NCBI GenBank assembly: GCA_040772785.1
Contig: JAXGXM010000008.1
Coordinates: 6,344 to 70,343, forward strand
Direction: 5' to 3'
DNA from: Anaerolineaceae bacterium
Lineage (GTDB): Bacteria > Chloroflexota > Anaerolineae > Anaerolineales > Anaerolineaceae
DNA length: 64,000 nt
Part shown: piece after piece, positions 35,649 to 45,383 of the stretch
Layout: each line of letters starts with the position of its first letter
How positions within the stretch are numbered: the first letter of the stretch is position 1
Notes under the pieces: model-generated
The model's database searches: none
What the model was told of the DNA's origin: nothing
What the model saw: the letters and a program-made list of their open reading frames with translations, nothing else
Made by a program: the position numbers and the translations under genes

Positions 35649-36655
35649 CCCAATCTCCCGGCTTCGTAATCGGCCTGAATGGGCGCGATGATGGTGCGAA
35701 TAGCATCCACATCCAACCACGCGTCGTTAGTATTCGAAGCGTATCGAAAACCGTCTTCCAACAGGCGCCCCTTGCTTTCCCAGTCGCGTCCAAACCACAG
35801 GGATTCTGCCGGCTGAACGACATACATATCCTCCAGCTCGATCGTCTGGCGGGCTTCATCATCAGAAATCAGCACCTCGTGAAGTTTTTCACCAGGGCGA
35901 ATGCCGATGTACTCGATCTTCGCATCCGGGGCGATTGCGCGTGCAAGATCTGTCACCGTCATACTGGGAATTTTTGGCACAAAGACCTCGCCGCCGTGCA
36001 TGTTCTCGACCGCCTGGATCACAAAACGCACACCCTGCTCGAGGCTGATCCAGAAACGCGTCATGCGCTCGTCGGTGATGGTCACTTTGCCGGAGGCGCG
36101 CTGTTTGAGGAACACCGGAACCACTGATCCGCGGCTGCCCACTACGTTGCCATAGCGCACGCAGGAGAAACGGGTGTTCTTCGCCCCGGCGTAAGCGTTG
36201 GATTGCACAAACAGTTTTTCAGCCGCAAGTTTGGTTGCGCCGTAAAGGTTGACCGGATTGACTGCCTTATCAGTGCTGAGTGCGACCACACGGCTCACTC
36301 CAGCGTCGATTGCGGCGTCGATGACATTACCGCTGCCGAGGATATTGGTCTTGATCGCTTCCATGGGGTTGTACTCGCAGGCCGGAACCTGCTTGAGCGC
36401 CGCGGCATGGATGACCACGTTGACACCTTCAAACGCCCGGCGGCAGCGCTGCTGATCGCGGATATCTCCGATGAAGTAGCGCAGGGAAGGGTGATTGAAC
36501 CCCGCTGCCTGCATTTCGTACTGCTTCAATTCATCCCGACTAAAGACGATCAATTTCTGCGGGTGATATTCCTTCAGCATGATGTCGATGAATTTTTTGC
36601 CAAAGGAGCCTGTTCCACCGGTTACAAGTACAACACTTTTTTTCCAATCGATCAT
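35645..36655 (-). CDS. pseB: UDP-N-acetylglucosamine 4,6-dehydratase (inverting), PseB/FlaA1-like
   Basis: Similarity to recalled H. pylori PseB runs along the whole length: LVTGGTGSFGK, FSRDELKQ, FIGDIRD, HAAALKQVP, YGATKL, RYGNVVGSRGSVVP, MTRFWI, MHGGEVFVPKIPS and IGIRPGEKLHEV. Confidence 0.8.
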   Translation of the reverse strand: MIDWKKSVVLVTGGTGSFGKKFIDIMLKEYHPQKLIVFSRDELKQYEMQAAGFNHPSLRYFIGDIRDQQRCRRAFEGVNVVIHAAALKQVPACEYNPMEAIKTNILGSGNVIDAAIDAGVSRVVALSTDKAVNPVNLYGATKLAAEKLFVQSNAYAGAKNTRFSCVRYGNVVGSRGSVVPVFLKQRASGKVTITDERMTRFWISLEQGVRFVIQAVENMHGGEVFVPKIPSMTVTDLARAIAPDAKIEYIGIRPGEKLHEVLISDDEARQTIELEDMYVVQPAESLWFGRDWESKGRLLEDGFRYASNTNDAWLDVDAIRTIIAPIQADYEAGRLG

Positions 36656-36766
36656 TTTATTTGCCTCTTTATGCGATGTCTGACTTTGCCAAAGATTTTC
36701 ATCAGCTCGTCACTGTGGAATTACTTTGTTCCTGTTTGTCCTCCCGGCAGGAAAAAATCCGGGAGA

Positions 36767-38371
36767 TTATTTCCCATAGTTGCTATCCATCATTCTCGTA
36801 AAGGTCATGGTGTCAAATGTTGCACGATATTTTTTCATTCCGCTCGCGGAGAGTACATTTTTCATGGGGTTGAGTTCGAGGTCGTCTTTCAACTGCCCCA
36901 TCTTCCATGGGTAGGGAAGCTGGAATCTGAAGAAAAACAAATAGGCGTATTTCCACGCGAGATTTACCCGCTCTGCGCTGAGCCGTTTCTCACGGGTGTT
37001 TTCGAGGAGTAGATTCAGTAATTTAAAGTATTCAACATAGGTGCCAGGATCATGAGTAAAACCGCGATTGCGATAGTGGGTCTTTCCCGCCACCACAACC
37101 GGAATACCCCTCAGCGCCATTTCCAGGCCGACGGTGGTCGTGTACACAAGACCAAGGTCAGCCACATCCATCAGGTCATACGTGTTGACCTCGTCCAGTG
37201 GTTCGATCAGCTTGATGTGAGGAGGCAGCTGGGGTAGTGTTTTACGGATCATGTCCAGGATGCTGCCGCGTTTCACCAGCGCTTCACCAGGGTGAATCCG
37301 GATTACCAGTTGAACTCCGGGGCGCTCAATGAAGTATTGAATGGTACGGATGATCCATTCGGTCATCGATTTTGTGAAGGTATTTCTGCCCAGGGTGAGG
37401 CTGTCTCCCAATACGTTTGTAGCGAGTAGAACAACCGGTTCATCAGTAAGGCCCAGTTTTTCCTTGATAATTGCCTGTCCTTCTGCCGGGATGCGCTGCC
37501 ATTTGCGGGTGTAATCGCCGTAAGTGGTCGCGTTGCTGCGGGAAGTAAGCAGCACGCGGGTTTCTTCAAGTTCAGAGCGGGAAAGTTTGTAATCAGCGTA
37601 CGCTTTCCACAACGTATCGGTATTCTGCTGCATGATCTCATCATTTTGCGCCAGCCACATTGACCCGCGTCTGTCACTGAACTCATAGGTGGAGGTTGGA
37701 ATCTTGAGGAAGCGGCACACCCGATAGGCAACGCCGAACTCAAGAATGGTGCCGTTGGGGATGATGGCGACATCCGGTTTATTCCTGCGAAGGTAGTGAT
37801 AAAGCGCTTTTGCTGCGTGCTGGTTGCGACGGTAGCGGAACTGGTAAAAGGGGTCTTCGCGATCGACTTCCTCGCTTTGGAAGTAGTACATGAAATCGTA
37901 ATCTGTCACCTGGTCCACTTCAGCGGAAAGTTTACTGGGAAGCTGTGCGAATGATGCGTTGTTGCGCAGAAAATTCTCAAATTGGATAAATTGGGCAGCT
38001 GTCTTCAGCACGGTATTGGCGTAAAAATTCTGCCGCCGGATGTCAAACTGGGTGGCATCGTCGCTCCAACGACCGTAAGGATAATATCCCACGCTGACAT
38101 CATGTCCCATTCCTGAAAGTGCGAGACCGGTCATCACCGTATGTTCTATCCAGTAATGAGTGGAGGCGAACAGGAAAACCTTTTTGCCGGCAGGGTGATC
38201 TTCGCGTGATTTTCCGACCACTGCTACCGATTCCGCCATAACTTCACGAATCGTCTTAAGTGAAAAATTGGATGGCAGCTGGTGGCTGTTTTGGCGTAAT
38301 AACCAGTACACCTCAGCTGTTAGGGGTAGTTCGCCTAGTACTTTCTTAACGGTTTCTTTTCTGCTCGCCAT
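36767..38371 (-). CDS. Capsule polysaccharide biosynthesis (KpsC/KpsS, Capsule_synth)-like protein
   Basis: IRIHPGE and VYTTTVGLEMALRGIPVVVAGKTHY. It is a paralog of 20699-22309. Confidence 0.5.
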   Translation of the reverse strand: MASRKETVKKVLGELPLTAEVYWLLRQNSHQLPSNFSLKTIREVMAESVAVVGKSREDHPAGKKVFLFASTHYWIEHTVMTGLALSGMGHDVSVGYYPYGRWSDDATQFDIRRQNFYANTVLKTAAQFIQFENFLRNNASFAQLPSKLSAEVDQVTDYDFMYYFQSEEVDREDPFYQFRYRRNQHAAKALYHYLRRNKPDVAIIPNGTILEFGVAYRVCRFLKIPTSTYEFSDRRGSMWLAQNDEIMQQNTDTLWKAYADYKLSRSELEETRVLLTSRSNATTYGDYTRKWQRIPAEGQAIIKEKLGLTDEPVVLLATNVLGDSLTLGRNTFTKSMTEWIIRTIQYFIERPGVQLVIRIHPGEALVKRGSILDMIRKTLPQLPPHIKLIEPLDEVNTYDLMDVADLGLVYTTTVGLEMALRGIPVVVAGKTHYRNRGFTHDPGTYVEYFKLLNLLLENTREKRLSAERVNLAWKYAYLFFFRFQLPYPWKMGQLKDDLELNPMKNVLSASGMKKYRATFDTMTFTRMMDSNYGK

Positions 38372-39634
38372 TTAGTGAACTTCCTCGATTCTCCAATCCA
38401 GCCTGGGGCGTATCGGACCATGCCTTACTTCCATCCATTGCATGCCTGGTGCCCCGGTGGGGTTGATGTTGAAATTGATCGCGCGTTCATCCGCGAAGTA
38501 TCTCTTTACCCGATACGAGCTCGCGTTGACGCCGACCACAAAGCGTCCTTCGTTCAGAGTGTCCTCCGGGATTGTGCAGCGGCTGACGTAACGACCCGCC
38601 TTGCGCACGCCGAGCGACTGGAATTTTTCAGCCTCGTCGGTGTCGAAGGATGTGAGAATGAAATCTCCCTGGGAGGTCATCAGGTAAACACCGACGCGCA
38701 GCCCTGTGATGTCGGCATCCAGCTGGTATTCCACCTCGATCGTTAATGGCTCCACTGAAAGCAGATTGTCGGTTGTGACGCCGGTTTTGTTCTTTACGCG
38801 CACCGCGATCGGTTTGAATGGATACGCGATCGAGGGAATCTCCTCAGCGTGGTATTTGCGCTCACCGCTGGCGGAGAGGTCGTTAGTCAGGTAGTAATCC
38901 ACCGCTTCAGCGGTAGGGGCGCGCAAGATCATACTGCCTTTGTCGAGGATGATACATTCGTGCGTGAGACGCTGGATGGCTGACATATTGTGGCTGACGA
39001 AAATGACGGTGCGACCTTCAGAAGCGACGTCGCTCATTTTTCCCAGGCATTTGCGCTGAAACTCCGCATCGCCGACTGCCAGTACTTCATCCACTACCAG
39101 GATCTCCGGCTCAAGGTGCGCGGAGACGGCAAATGCCAGGCGCATATACATACCGCTTGAGTAACGTTTTACCGGGGTGTCAATGAATTTTTCGATCTCC
39201 GAAAAAGCCACGATCTCATCGAATTTTTGCTCGATCTCCCCTTTTTTCATACCCAGCACAGCGCCGTTCAGGAAGATGTTCTCGCGCCCGGTCAATTCGG
39301 GGTGGAACCCGGTGCCAACTTCCAAAAGTGAACCGACCCGTCCGTGGATCTCTGCCATACCTTCGGTAGGTTCGACCACGCGTGAAAGGATCTTGAGTAG
39401 GGTGCTTTTGCCAGCGCCGTTCTTACCGATGACACCCAGAACCTGGCCGTGGTCGAGCTCGAAATTGACATGGCGCAGCGCCCAGAACTTCTCACTGCCG
39501 GTGGGGTTGATGAGAGTTTTTATCGGGCTCTTCACCACCTCCACGATCTTCTCGCGCAGGGTCATGTACTGGTTTTCTTTGAAGATGTTGTATTCTTTGC
39601 CGATGTTATCGACGCGAACAGCGAGGTTACTCAT
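38372..39634 (-). CDS. Polysaccharide ABC exporter ATP-binding protein (Wzt/TagH-type) with C-terminal glycan-binding beta-sandwich domain
   Basis: Walker A GKNGAGKST, signature YSSGM and Walker B ILVVDE. About 170 aa follow the NBD. The real start is MSNLAVRV at 39634, after GAGGAAAAAA; the 544-aa track ORF is an upstream extension. Confidence 0.85.
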   Translation of the reverse strand: MSNLAVRVDNIGKEYNIFKENQYMTLREKIVEVVKSPIKTLINPTGSEKFWALRHVNFELDHGQVLGVIGKNGAGKSTLLKILSRVVEPTEGMAEIHGRVGSLLEVGTGFHPELTGRENIFLNGAVLGMKKGEIEQKFDEIVAFSEIEKFIDTPVKRYSSGMYMRLAFAVSAHLEPEILVVDEVLAVGDAEFQRKCLGKMSDVASEGRTVIFVSHNMSAIQRLTHECIILDKGSMILRAPTAEAVDYYLTNDLSASGERKYHAEEIPSIAYPFKPIAVRVKNKTGVTTDNLLSVEPLTIEVEYQLDADITGLRVGVYLMTSQGDFILTSFDTDEAEKFQSLGVRKAGRYVSRCTIPEDTLNEGRFVVGVNASSYRVKRYFADERAINFNINPTGAPGMQWMEVRHGPIRPRLDWRIEEVH

Positions 39635-39645
39635 GCTTTTTTCCT

Positions 39646-40500
39646 CTAAATCATATCGGCGAACTGTTTTTCCATACGCCGGAAGTAGAACATACCTGTG
39701 ATAAGGATAACAATGGCGATGACCACCGAGAGGAGGATCATCAGAACCGAACCGGAACGGGCTGTGCCCAGCAGAGCGTAGCGGAATCCTTCCACCACCC
39801 CTGTCATGGGGTTCAGGAAGTAGATCAAACGCCACTTTTCTGGGATCATGGTTGATGAATAAACGACCGGGGTCAGGTACATCCACAGGTTGCTGATAAA
39901 CGGCATGATGTACCCTACGTCGCGGTAGCGCACCATTAACGCCGAGGTCCAAAAACCGACCCCAAGCGCGGTGACCAGCGCCAGCAGGATCAACAGCGGC
40001 AGCCATAAGGTGGCGAGAGTTGGAGTGACCTTGTAATAGATCATCATGCCGATGAGGATGATGAACCCAATGAAGAAGTCCACCACGCTCGACATCACCG
40101 ATGCCAACGGCACGATCATGCGCGGGAAATAGATCTTTGACACCATGTTGCTATTGGCGACCATCGACCGGCTGGCGACGCTCAATGCCGCGGCAAAGAG
40201 TTCCCATGGCAGCGTGGCTGTGTAGGAGAAAATGGGATACGGGACGCCATCCGAGGGGATCTTGGCAAAATTGCCGAAGAAAATAGTGAAAACGACCATT
40301 GCCATAAATGGCTTCAGTATCGCCCACAGGATACCCAAAACGGACTGTTTGTAGCGTACTTTTATGTCGCGCCACGTGAGGAAGTAGATCAGCTCGCGGT
40401 ATGCCCACAAATCGCGCAGGCGCAGCCCCACCCAGCCTTTGGAAGGCTTGATGAGTACCACGTTGGGCTTCTTTTTCTGGTCAAGTGTACTGGTTGTCAT
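39646..40500 (-). CDS. ABC-2 type polysaccharide exporter permease (Wzm/TagG-type)
   Basis: Six TM segments and an N-terminal YRELIYFLTWRDIKVRYKQSVLGILWA signature. The likely start is MTTSTL at 40500. Confidence 0.8.
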   Translation of the reverse strand: MTTSTLDQKKKPNVVLIKPSKGWVGLRLRDLWAYRELIYFLTWRDIKVRYKQSVLGILWAILKPFMAMVVFTIFFGNFAKIPSDGVPYPIFSYTATLPWELFAAALSVASRSMVANSNMVSKIYFPRMIVPLASVMSSVVDFFIGFIILIGMMIYYKVTPTLATLWLPLLILLALVTALGVGFWTSALMVRYRDVGYIMPFISNLWMYLTPVVYSSTMIPEKWRLIYFLNPMTGVVEGFRYALLGTARSGSVLMILLSVVIAIVILITGMFYFRRMEKQFADMI

Positions 40501-40502
40501 AA

Positions 40503-41940
<1,438 letters not shown>

Positions 41941-41951
41941 CTAACTCCAAT

Positions 41952-41966
41952 ATTCAATTGTTGAAT
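41952..41966. promoter_or_regulatory. Inverted repeat ATTCAA-TTG-TTGAAT immediately upstream of the regulator RBS (candidate operator)
   Basis: The repeat is seen directly in the sequence, 12-26 nt upstream of the ATG at 41940. Confidence 0.25.
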
Positions 41967-42011
41967 TATAAATCAGGGGCTTATTTGGGTCAAGGGTCGA
42001 ATGTTTAATTG

Positions 42012-42608
42012 AATAATGATATAATTTGCATCGTCACTGGGGCCCGTAGCTTCGAAGATCCCTGTGGGACAAGTGGTTAGAGCGCAAATAGAATTAGGAA
42101 TAATTAATGTTGCCTGCAGGAATTTCCTTTGCAGGTTTACTTTTTAATAATGATATAATTTGCATCGTCACTGGGGCCCGTAGCTTCGAAGATCCCCTGT
42201 AGGGACAAGTGGTTAGAGCGCAAATAGAATTAGGAATAATTAATGTTGCCTGCAGGAATTTCCTTTGCAGGTTTACTTTTTAATAATGATATAATTTGCA
42301 TCGTCACTGGGGCCCGTAGCTTCGAAGATCCCCTGTAGGGACAAGTGGTTAGAGCGCAAATAGAATTAGGAATAATTAATGTTGCCTGCAGGAATTTCCT
42401 TTGCAGGTTTACTTTTTAATAATGATATAATTTGCATCGTCACTGGGGCCCGTAGCTTCGAAGATCCCCTGTAGGGACAAGTGGTTAGAGCGCAAATAGA
42501 ATTAGGAATAATTAATGTTGCCTGCAGGAATTTCCTTTGCAGGTTTACTTTTTAATAATGATATAATTTGCATCGTCACTGGGGCCCGTAGCTCAGTGGT
42601 TAGAGCGC
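42012..42608 (+). repeat. Tandem array: four full copies (134, 136, 136, 136 bp) plus a fifth partial copy of a promoter + interrupted tRNA 5'-half + hairpin unit, merging into the intact tRNA-Met
   Basis: Units start at 42012, 42146, 42282, 42418 and 42554. Copies 2-4 look identical by eye. Copy 1 differs by two indels (CCCTGTGGG vs CCCCTGTAGGG). Confidence 0.9.
42559..42567 (+). promoter_or_regulatory. Extended -10 promoter element TGATATAAT for tRNA-Met (also present in every repeat unit)
   Basis: The TGnTATAAT consensus lies 14 nt upstream of the tRNA 5' end. Copies are also at 42017, 42151, 42287 and 42423. Confidence 0.5.
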
Positions 42609-42654
42609 GCGGCTCATAACCGCTTGGTCGCAGGTTCGATCCCTGCCGGGCCCA
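42582..42654 (+). tRNA. tRNA with CAU anticodon (elongator Met, or Ile2 if lysidinylated); CCA not fully encoded
   Basis: Hand-folded cloverleaf. Acceptor GGGCCCG/CGGGCCC, D stem GCTC/GAGC, anticodon loop CTCATAA, T arm GCAGG-TTCGATC-CCTGC, discriminator A. It lacks the three G-C pairs of an initiator anticodon stem. Confidence 0.85.
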
Positions 42655-42693
42655 CCTGATTTATCCAATCTCCACCCTATACAACGACCCTTT

Positions 42694-44241
42694 ATGATGA
42701 AGCTCTCCTCTCTGAAACTGGATATCCTGCTCTCATTCGCTGCTTCCCTGCTGCTCAGCCTGGTGGTGGCAGCATTCCAACCTGCGCCCTTCTTCAGCGC
42801 GTGGTTCGGTGCGAACCTGCTGTTGTGGCTCAGTTTTTTCCTGCTGCTGCGAACCTGGCGATTCTTCGGCAGCGGAAAAGTGCTGGCAGCCCTGCTGCTG
42901 GTAACCTTTTTCACCCGGTTACTGCTGGGTGTGTTCCTCCACGCTGCACTGCCCTCGATCGGCTACGACAACGCTGCTGAGAACGCCGGGTACGTGTACT
43001 CCGATGCCTACCTGCGCGATACCCAGGCGCTTTTGCTTGCCCGCGGCGAGGAATCACTGTTCACGGCGTTTGGTGAAGAGAGCGTTGACCAGTACGGCGG
43101 GTTGATGTTCCTCTCCGCAGCGGTTTACCGCCACTTCAACCTGAACGACTCGCGTCCCCTGTTCATCACCATCCTGTCGGCGCTGACAATGACTGCCGGG
43201 CTGGCTTTCCTGTTCGATGCGCTACGTAAACGCTGGGGTGAAAAGGTGGCGCTGGCAGCCGGCTGGTTCTACGCGCTTTACCCGGAGGGTATCCTGCTGG
43301 GCAGCTCACAAATGCGTGAGCCTTTCCTGATCGGTTTGTTTGGCATCGCCTTCTGGGCACTAATCACCTGGCGCGAAAAACTGCGCTGGAAAGCGCTCAT
43401 CTTTACCATAACTGTGGCGCTTTCGATGATCATTTCCGCGCCTTTTGGGGCGATCCTGGCGGGTGCATTGCTCGCGTTCTGGCTGGTGGAGTGGCTAACC
43501 CATCAGCCGTCGCGCAATATTCGCCGCGCAGGATTGCTCGTGCTGGTTTTGGCAGGCGTCGCTGGTGCTTTCGCCGGCTGGCTGTGGCTGAAGCCGACAC
43601 TCTACTATGATGCCTATCTCACCCGTATCAGTTCCGGTAATATCACTGCACTGCTGGAAATCATGGGTGAAAAATGGCAGATGCCGTTCATCACGATTTA
43701 CGGCATTGTCCAGCCTTTCCTGCCGGGCGCTCTGACCGATCCCTCGCTGCCGTTCTGGCGCACAACCGCCATCATCCGCGCGCTGGGTTGGTGGTTCGTA
43801 CTGCCTTTTCTGCCTTACGGATTTTTCGCGTTATGGAAAGCGCGGCCGAAATCAGACCGCTGGGGGCTGCTGGTCATTGTTCTCGCCCTGTTCGGCTGGA
43901 TCCTGATTTCCTCGCTGCGCGCGGGTGGGGATCTGTGGGATAACCCGCGCTACCGCGCCCTTTTAATCCCATGGTTCGCGCTGTTGGTGGGTTGGTGCTG
44001 GCAGCGACTGCGCAGCGGTCACCTGGCATGGTTTCTGCGCTGGGTTGGCATGGTGCTTGTCTTTTTCGTGGTTTTCTTCATGTGGTATCTTTTCCGCTAC
44101 CAGGTCATCAAGGAATACATTGGTTTCTTTGACATGATCCGGGTTATTCTGGCGGGCTGGGCGGTGATCCTGCTGACCGGCATTTGGGACATATACAAAT
44201 ACATCAAGGGGAAGCACAGGAAGGTTCCAACGCAGGTTTAG
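42694..44241 (+). CDS. Polytopic membrane protein (515 aa), GT-C/O-antigen-polymerase-like
   Basis: At least 12 hydrophobic helices. No soluble domain or catalytic motif was recognised. Confidence 0.45.
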   Translation: MMKLSSLKLDILLSFAASLLLSLVVAAFQPAPFFSAWFGANLLLWLSFFLLLRTWRFFGSGKVLAALLLVTFFTRLLLGVFLHAALPSIGYDNAAENAGYVYSDAYLRDTQALLLARGEESLFTAFGEESVDQYGGLMFLSAAVYRHFNLNDSRPLFITILSALTMTAGLAFLFDALRKRWGEKVALAAGWFYALYPEGILLGSSQMREPFLIGLFGIAFWALITWREKLRWKALIFTITVALSMIISAPFGAILAGALLAFWLVEWLTHQPSRNIRRAGLLVLVLAGVAGAFAGWLWLKPTLYYDAYLTRISSGNITALLEIMGEKWQMPFITIYGIVQPFLPGALTDPSLPFWRTTAIIRALGWWFVLPFLPYGFFALWKARPKSDRWGLLVIVLALFGWILISSLRAGGDLWDNPRYRALLIPWFALLVGWCWQRLRSGHLAWFLRWVGMVLVFFVVFFMWYLFRYQVIKEYIGFFDMIRVILAGWAVILLTGIWDIYKYIKGKHRKVPTQV

Positions 44242-44252
44242 CCGGGGTGTTC

Positions 44253-44281
44253 TTGACAATCATCCGTCTCTCAGGTAGAAT
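44253..44281 (+). promoter_or_regulatory. Sigma-70-type promoter of tRNA-Phe
   Basis: TTGACA, a 17-nt spacer, then TAGAAT. The -10 ends 11 nt before the tRNA 5' end. Confidence 0.65.
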
Positions 44282-44292
44282 AATCAGCACTT

Positions 44293-44368
44293 GCCGAGAT
44301 AGCTCAGTTGGTAGAGCACACGACTGAAAATTGTGGGGTCGCCAGTCCGATCCTGGCTCTCGGCACCA
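44293..44368 (+). tRNA. tRNA-Phe (GAA), CCA encoded
   Basis: GCCGAGA-TA-GCTC-AGTTGGTA-GAGC-A-CACGA-CTGAAAA-TTGTG-GGGTC-GCCAG-TCCGATC-CTGGC-TCTCGGC-A-CCA. Confidence 0.95.
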
Positions 44369-44372
44369 CACA

Positions 44373-44397
44373 CACTCCCGTAAGGGAGTGTTTTGTT
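44373..44397 (+). terminator. Rho-independent terminator after tRNA-Phe
   Basis: CACTCCC-GTAA-GGGAGTG followed by TTTTGTT. Confidence 0.7.
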
Positions 44398-44458
44398 ACT
44401 GGAAGGCGATGAGCTTCTGGTTTATGATTGGACCAATGACGAAAGAGCAGGGAAAAGT

Positions 44459-45334
44459 ATGAGAATTAACGTTTACCGGATAGGGGCGGCAGCGGTGGAA
44501 GCGCTGGGATTGGCTGAGGACGGGAGTGTGGCGGGTGTAACTTCGCGCGGTGCTTTTTTACGCGTGGCGGATCGGATCATTTATCTCACTCCGCTGGATT
44601 ACCAAAGCCCTTTCAATCTCACGCTGGCTGGCGGCGATGAACGGTTCGAGCGCCTGGCTCCCGGTGATCACTTTTCCATTGATTCAGGGAACCTCGTTTT
44701 TCCAACGCAGAGGATCACGGTTGAAACAGGTCAGGCTGAGGTATGGGAACCGCCATTACCGGTGACGATCAAGTCAACTCTAGCTGAGCAGTACGATCGT
44801 GCGATGGTCATCGCGAAAGGTTTGCGGCAGATCGACGCGCAAAAAGGCTATCTGTTCCTGTCACAGCCTGGTGATGTAACCAGTGTGCGTGATGCACTGA
44901 ACGTCACTCAGACGGCGAATGCCATCGCTTATCACTTTTATTCGCAAAAAAGATCCAGTTTTCTGAGGACGGCAGCGTCCTTACTTGGATCCGGGGCAGG
45001 TTTGACCCCGTCGGGTGATGACTTCCTGACCGGATTTTTTCTATATCATTTCAGGCGCGAGCAATCTTCCGGCATCCCCTCAGATTTCCTTGCCGGGTGG
45101 TGCGCGGACCTAAGCGCCCTGGCGTTTCAAAAAACGACCACCATTTCCGCGAACCGATTGATGTTCACGGCGCGCGGCTGGTCGGAAGCTATTTTTCTGA
45201 ACCTGATCGATCACCTGTTTGACCCTGCCGTGTCTTTCAGCGATGAGCGGGTTCGCCTGTTGATGGAGATCGGTCATTCTTCAGGAGTCGATACGTTTAT
45301 GGGGATCATCTACGCGATCAAATCAATCCTATAA
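44459..45334 (+). CDS. DUF2877 (AllH-like) family protein
   Basis: The GSGAGLTPSGDDFLTGFF motif is recalled from DUF2877/AllH proteins. I prefer the ATG at 44459 because the track's TTG start overlaps the tRNA terminator. Confidence 0.45.
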   Translation: MRINVYRIGAAAVEALGLAEDGSVAGVTSRGAFLRVADRIIYLTPLDYQSPFNLTLAGGDERFERLAPGDHFSIDSGNLVFPTQRITVETGQAEVWEPPLPVTIKSTLAEQYDRAMVIAKGLRQIDAQKGYLFLSQPGDVTSVRDALNVTQTANAIAYHFYSQKRSSFLRTAASLLGSGAGLTPSGDDFLTGFFLYHFRREQSSGIPSDFLAGWCADLSALAFQKTTTISANRLMFTARGWSEAIFLNLIDHLFDPAVSFSDERVRLLMEIGHSSGVDTFMGIIYAIKSIL

Positions 45335-45336
45335 AA

Positions 45337-45363
45337 AACAGGAGCCAAAACTTGGCTCCTGTT
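45337..45363. terminator. Bidirectional terminator between convergent genes
   Basis: 12-bp stem AACAGGAGCCAA / TTGGCTCCTGTT flanked by A-run and T-rich sequence. Confidence 0.6.
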
Positions 45364-45383
45364 TATGTGTAACGGGAGTTTAC

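Noticed and set aside
36203-37012. 269-aa plus-strand ORF
   Set aside because: It is antisense to the pseB-like gene and to the KpsC/S-like gene and spans their intergenic gap. It has no motifs and is an artefact of an open antisense frame.
39635-40006. The 124-aa N-terminal extension of the 544-aa track ORF (Wzt)
   Set aside because: The extension overlaps the Wzm permease gene in another frame and has an Arg/Pro/Gly-rich, non-protein-like composition. A good RBS and ATG (MSNLAVRV) occur at 39634, right after the permease stop.
42012-42608. Possible CRISPR array, because of regularly spaced identical segments
   Set aside because: The whole 136-bp unit repeats with no unique spacers between copies, the unit is far longer than a CRISPR repeat, and no cas genes are present.
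42600-42914. 104-aa minus-strand ORF
   Set aside because: It overlaps the tRNA-Met gene and the 5' end of the plus-strand membrane protein gene. It has no RBS or motifs.
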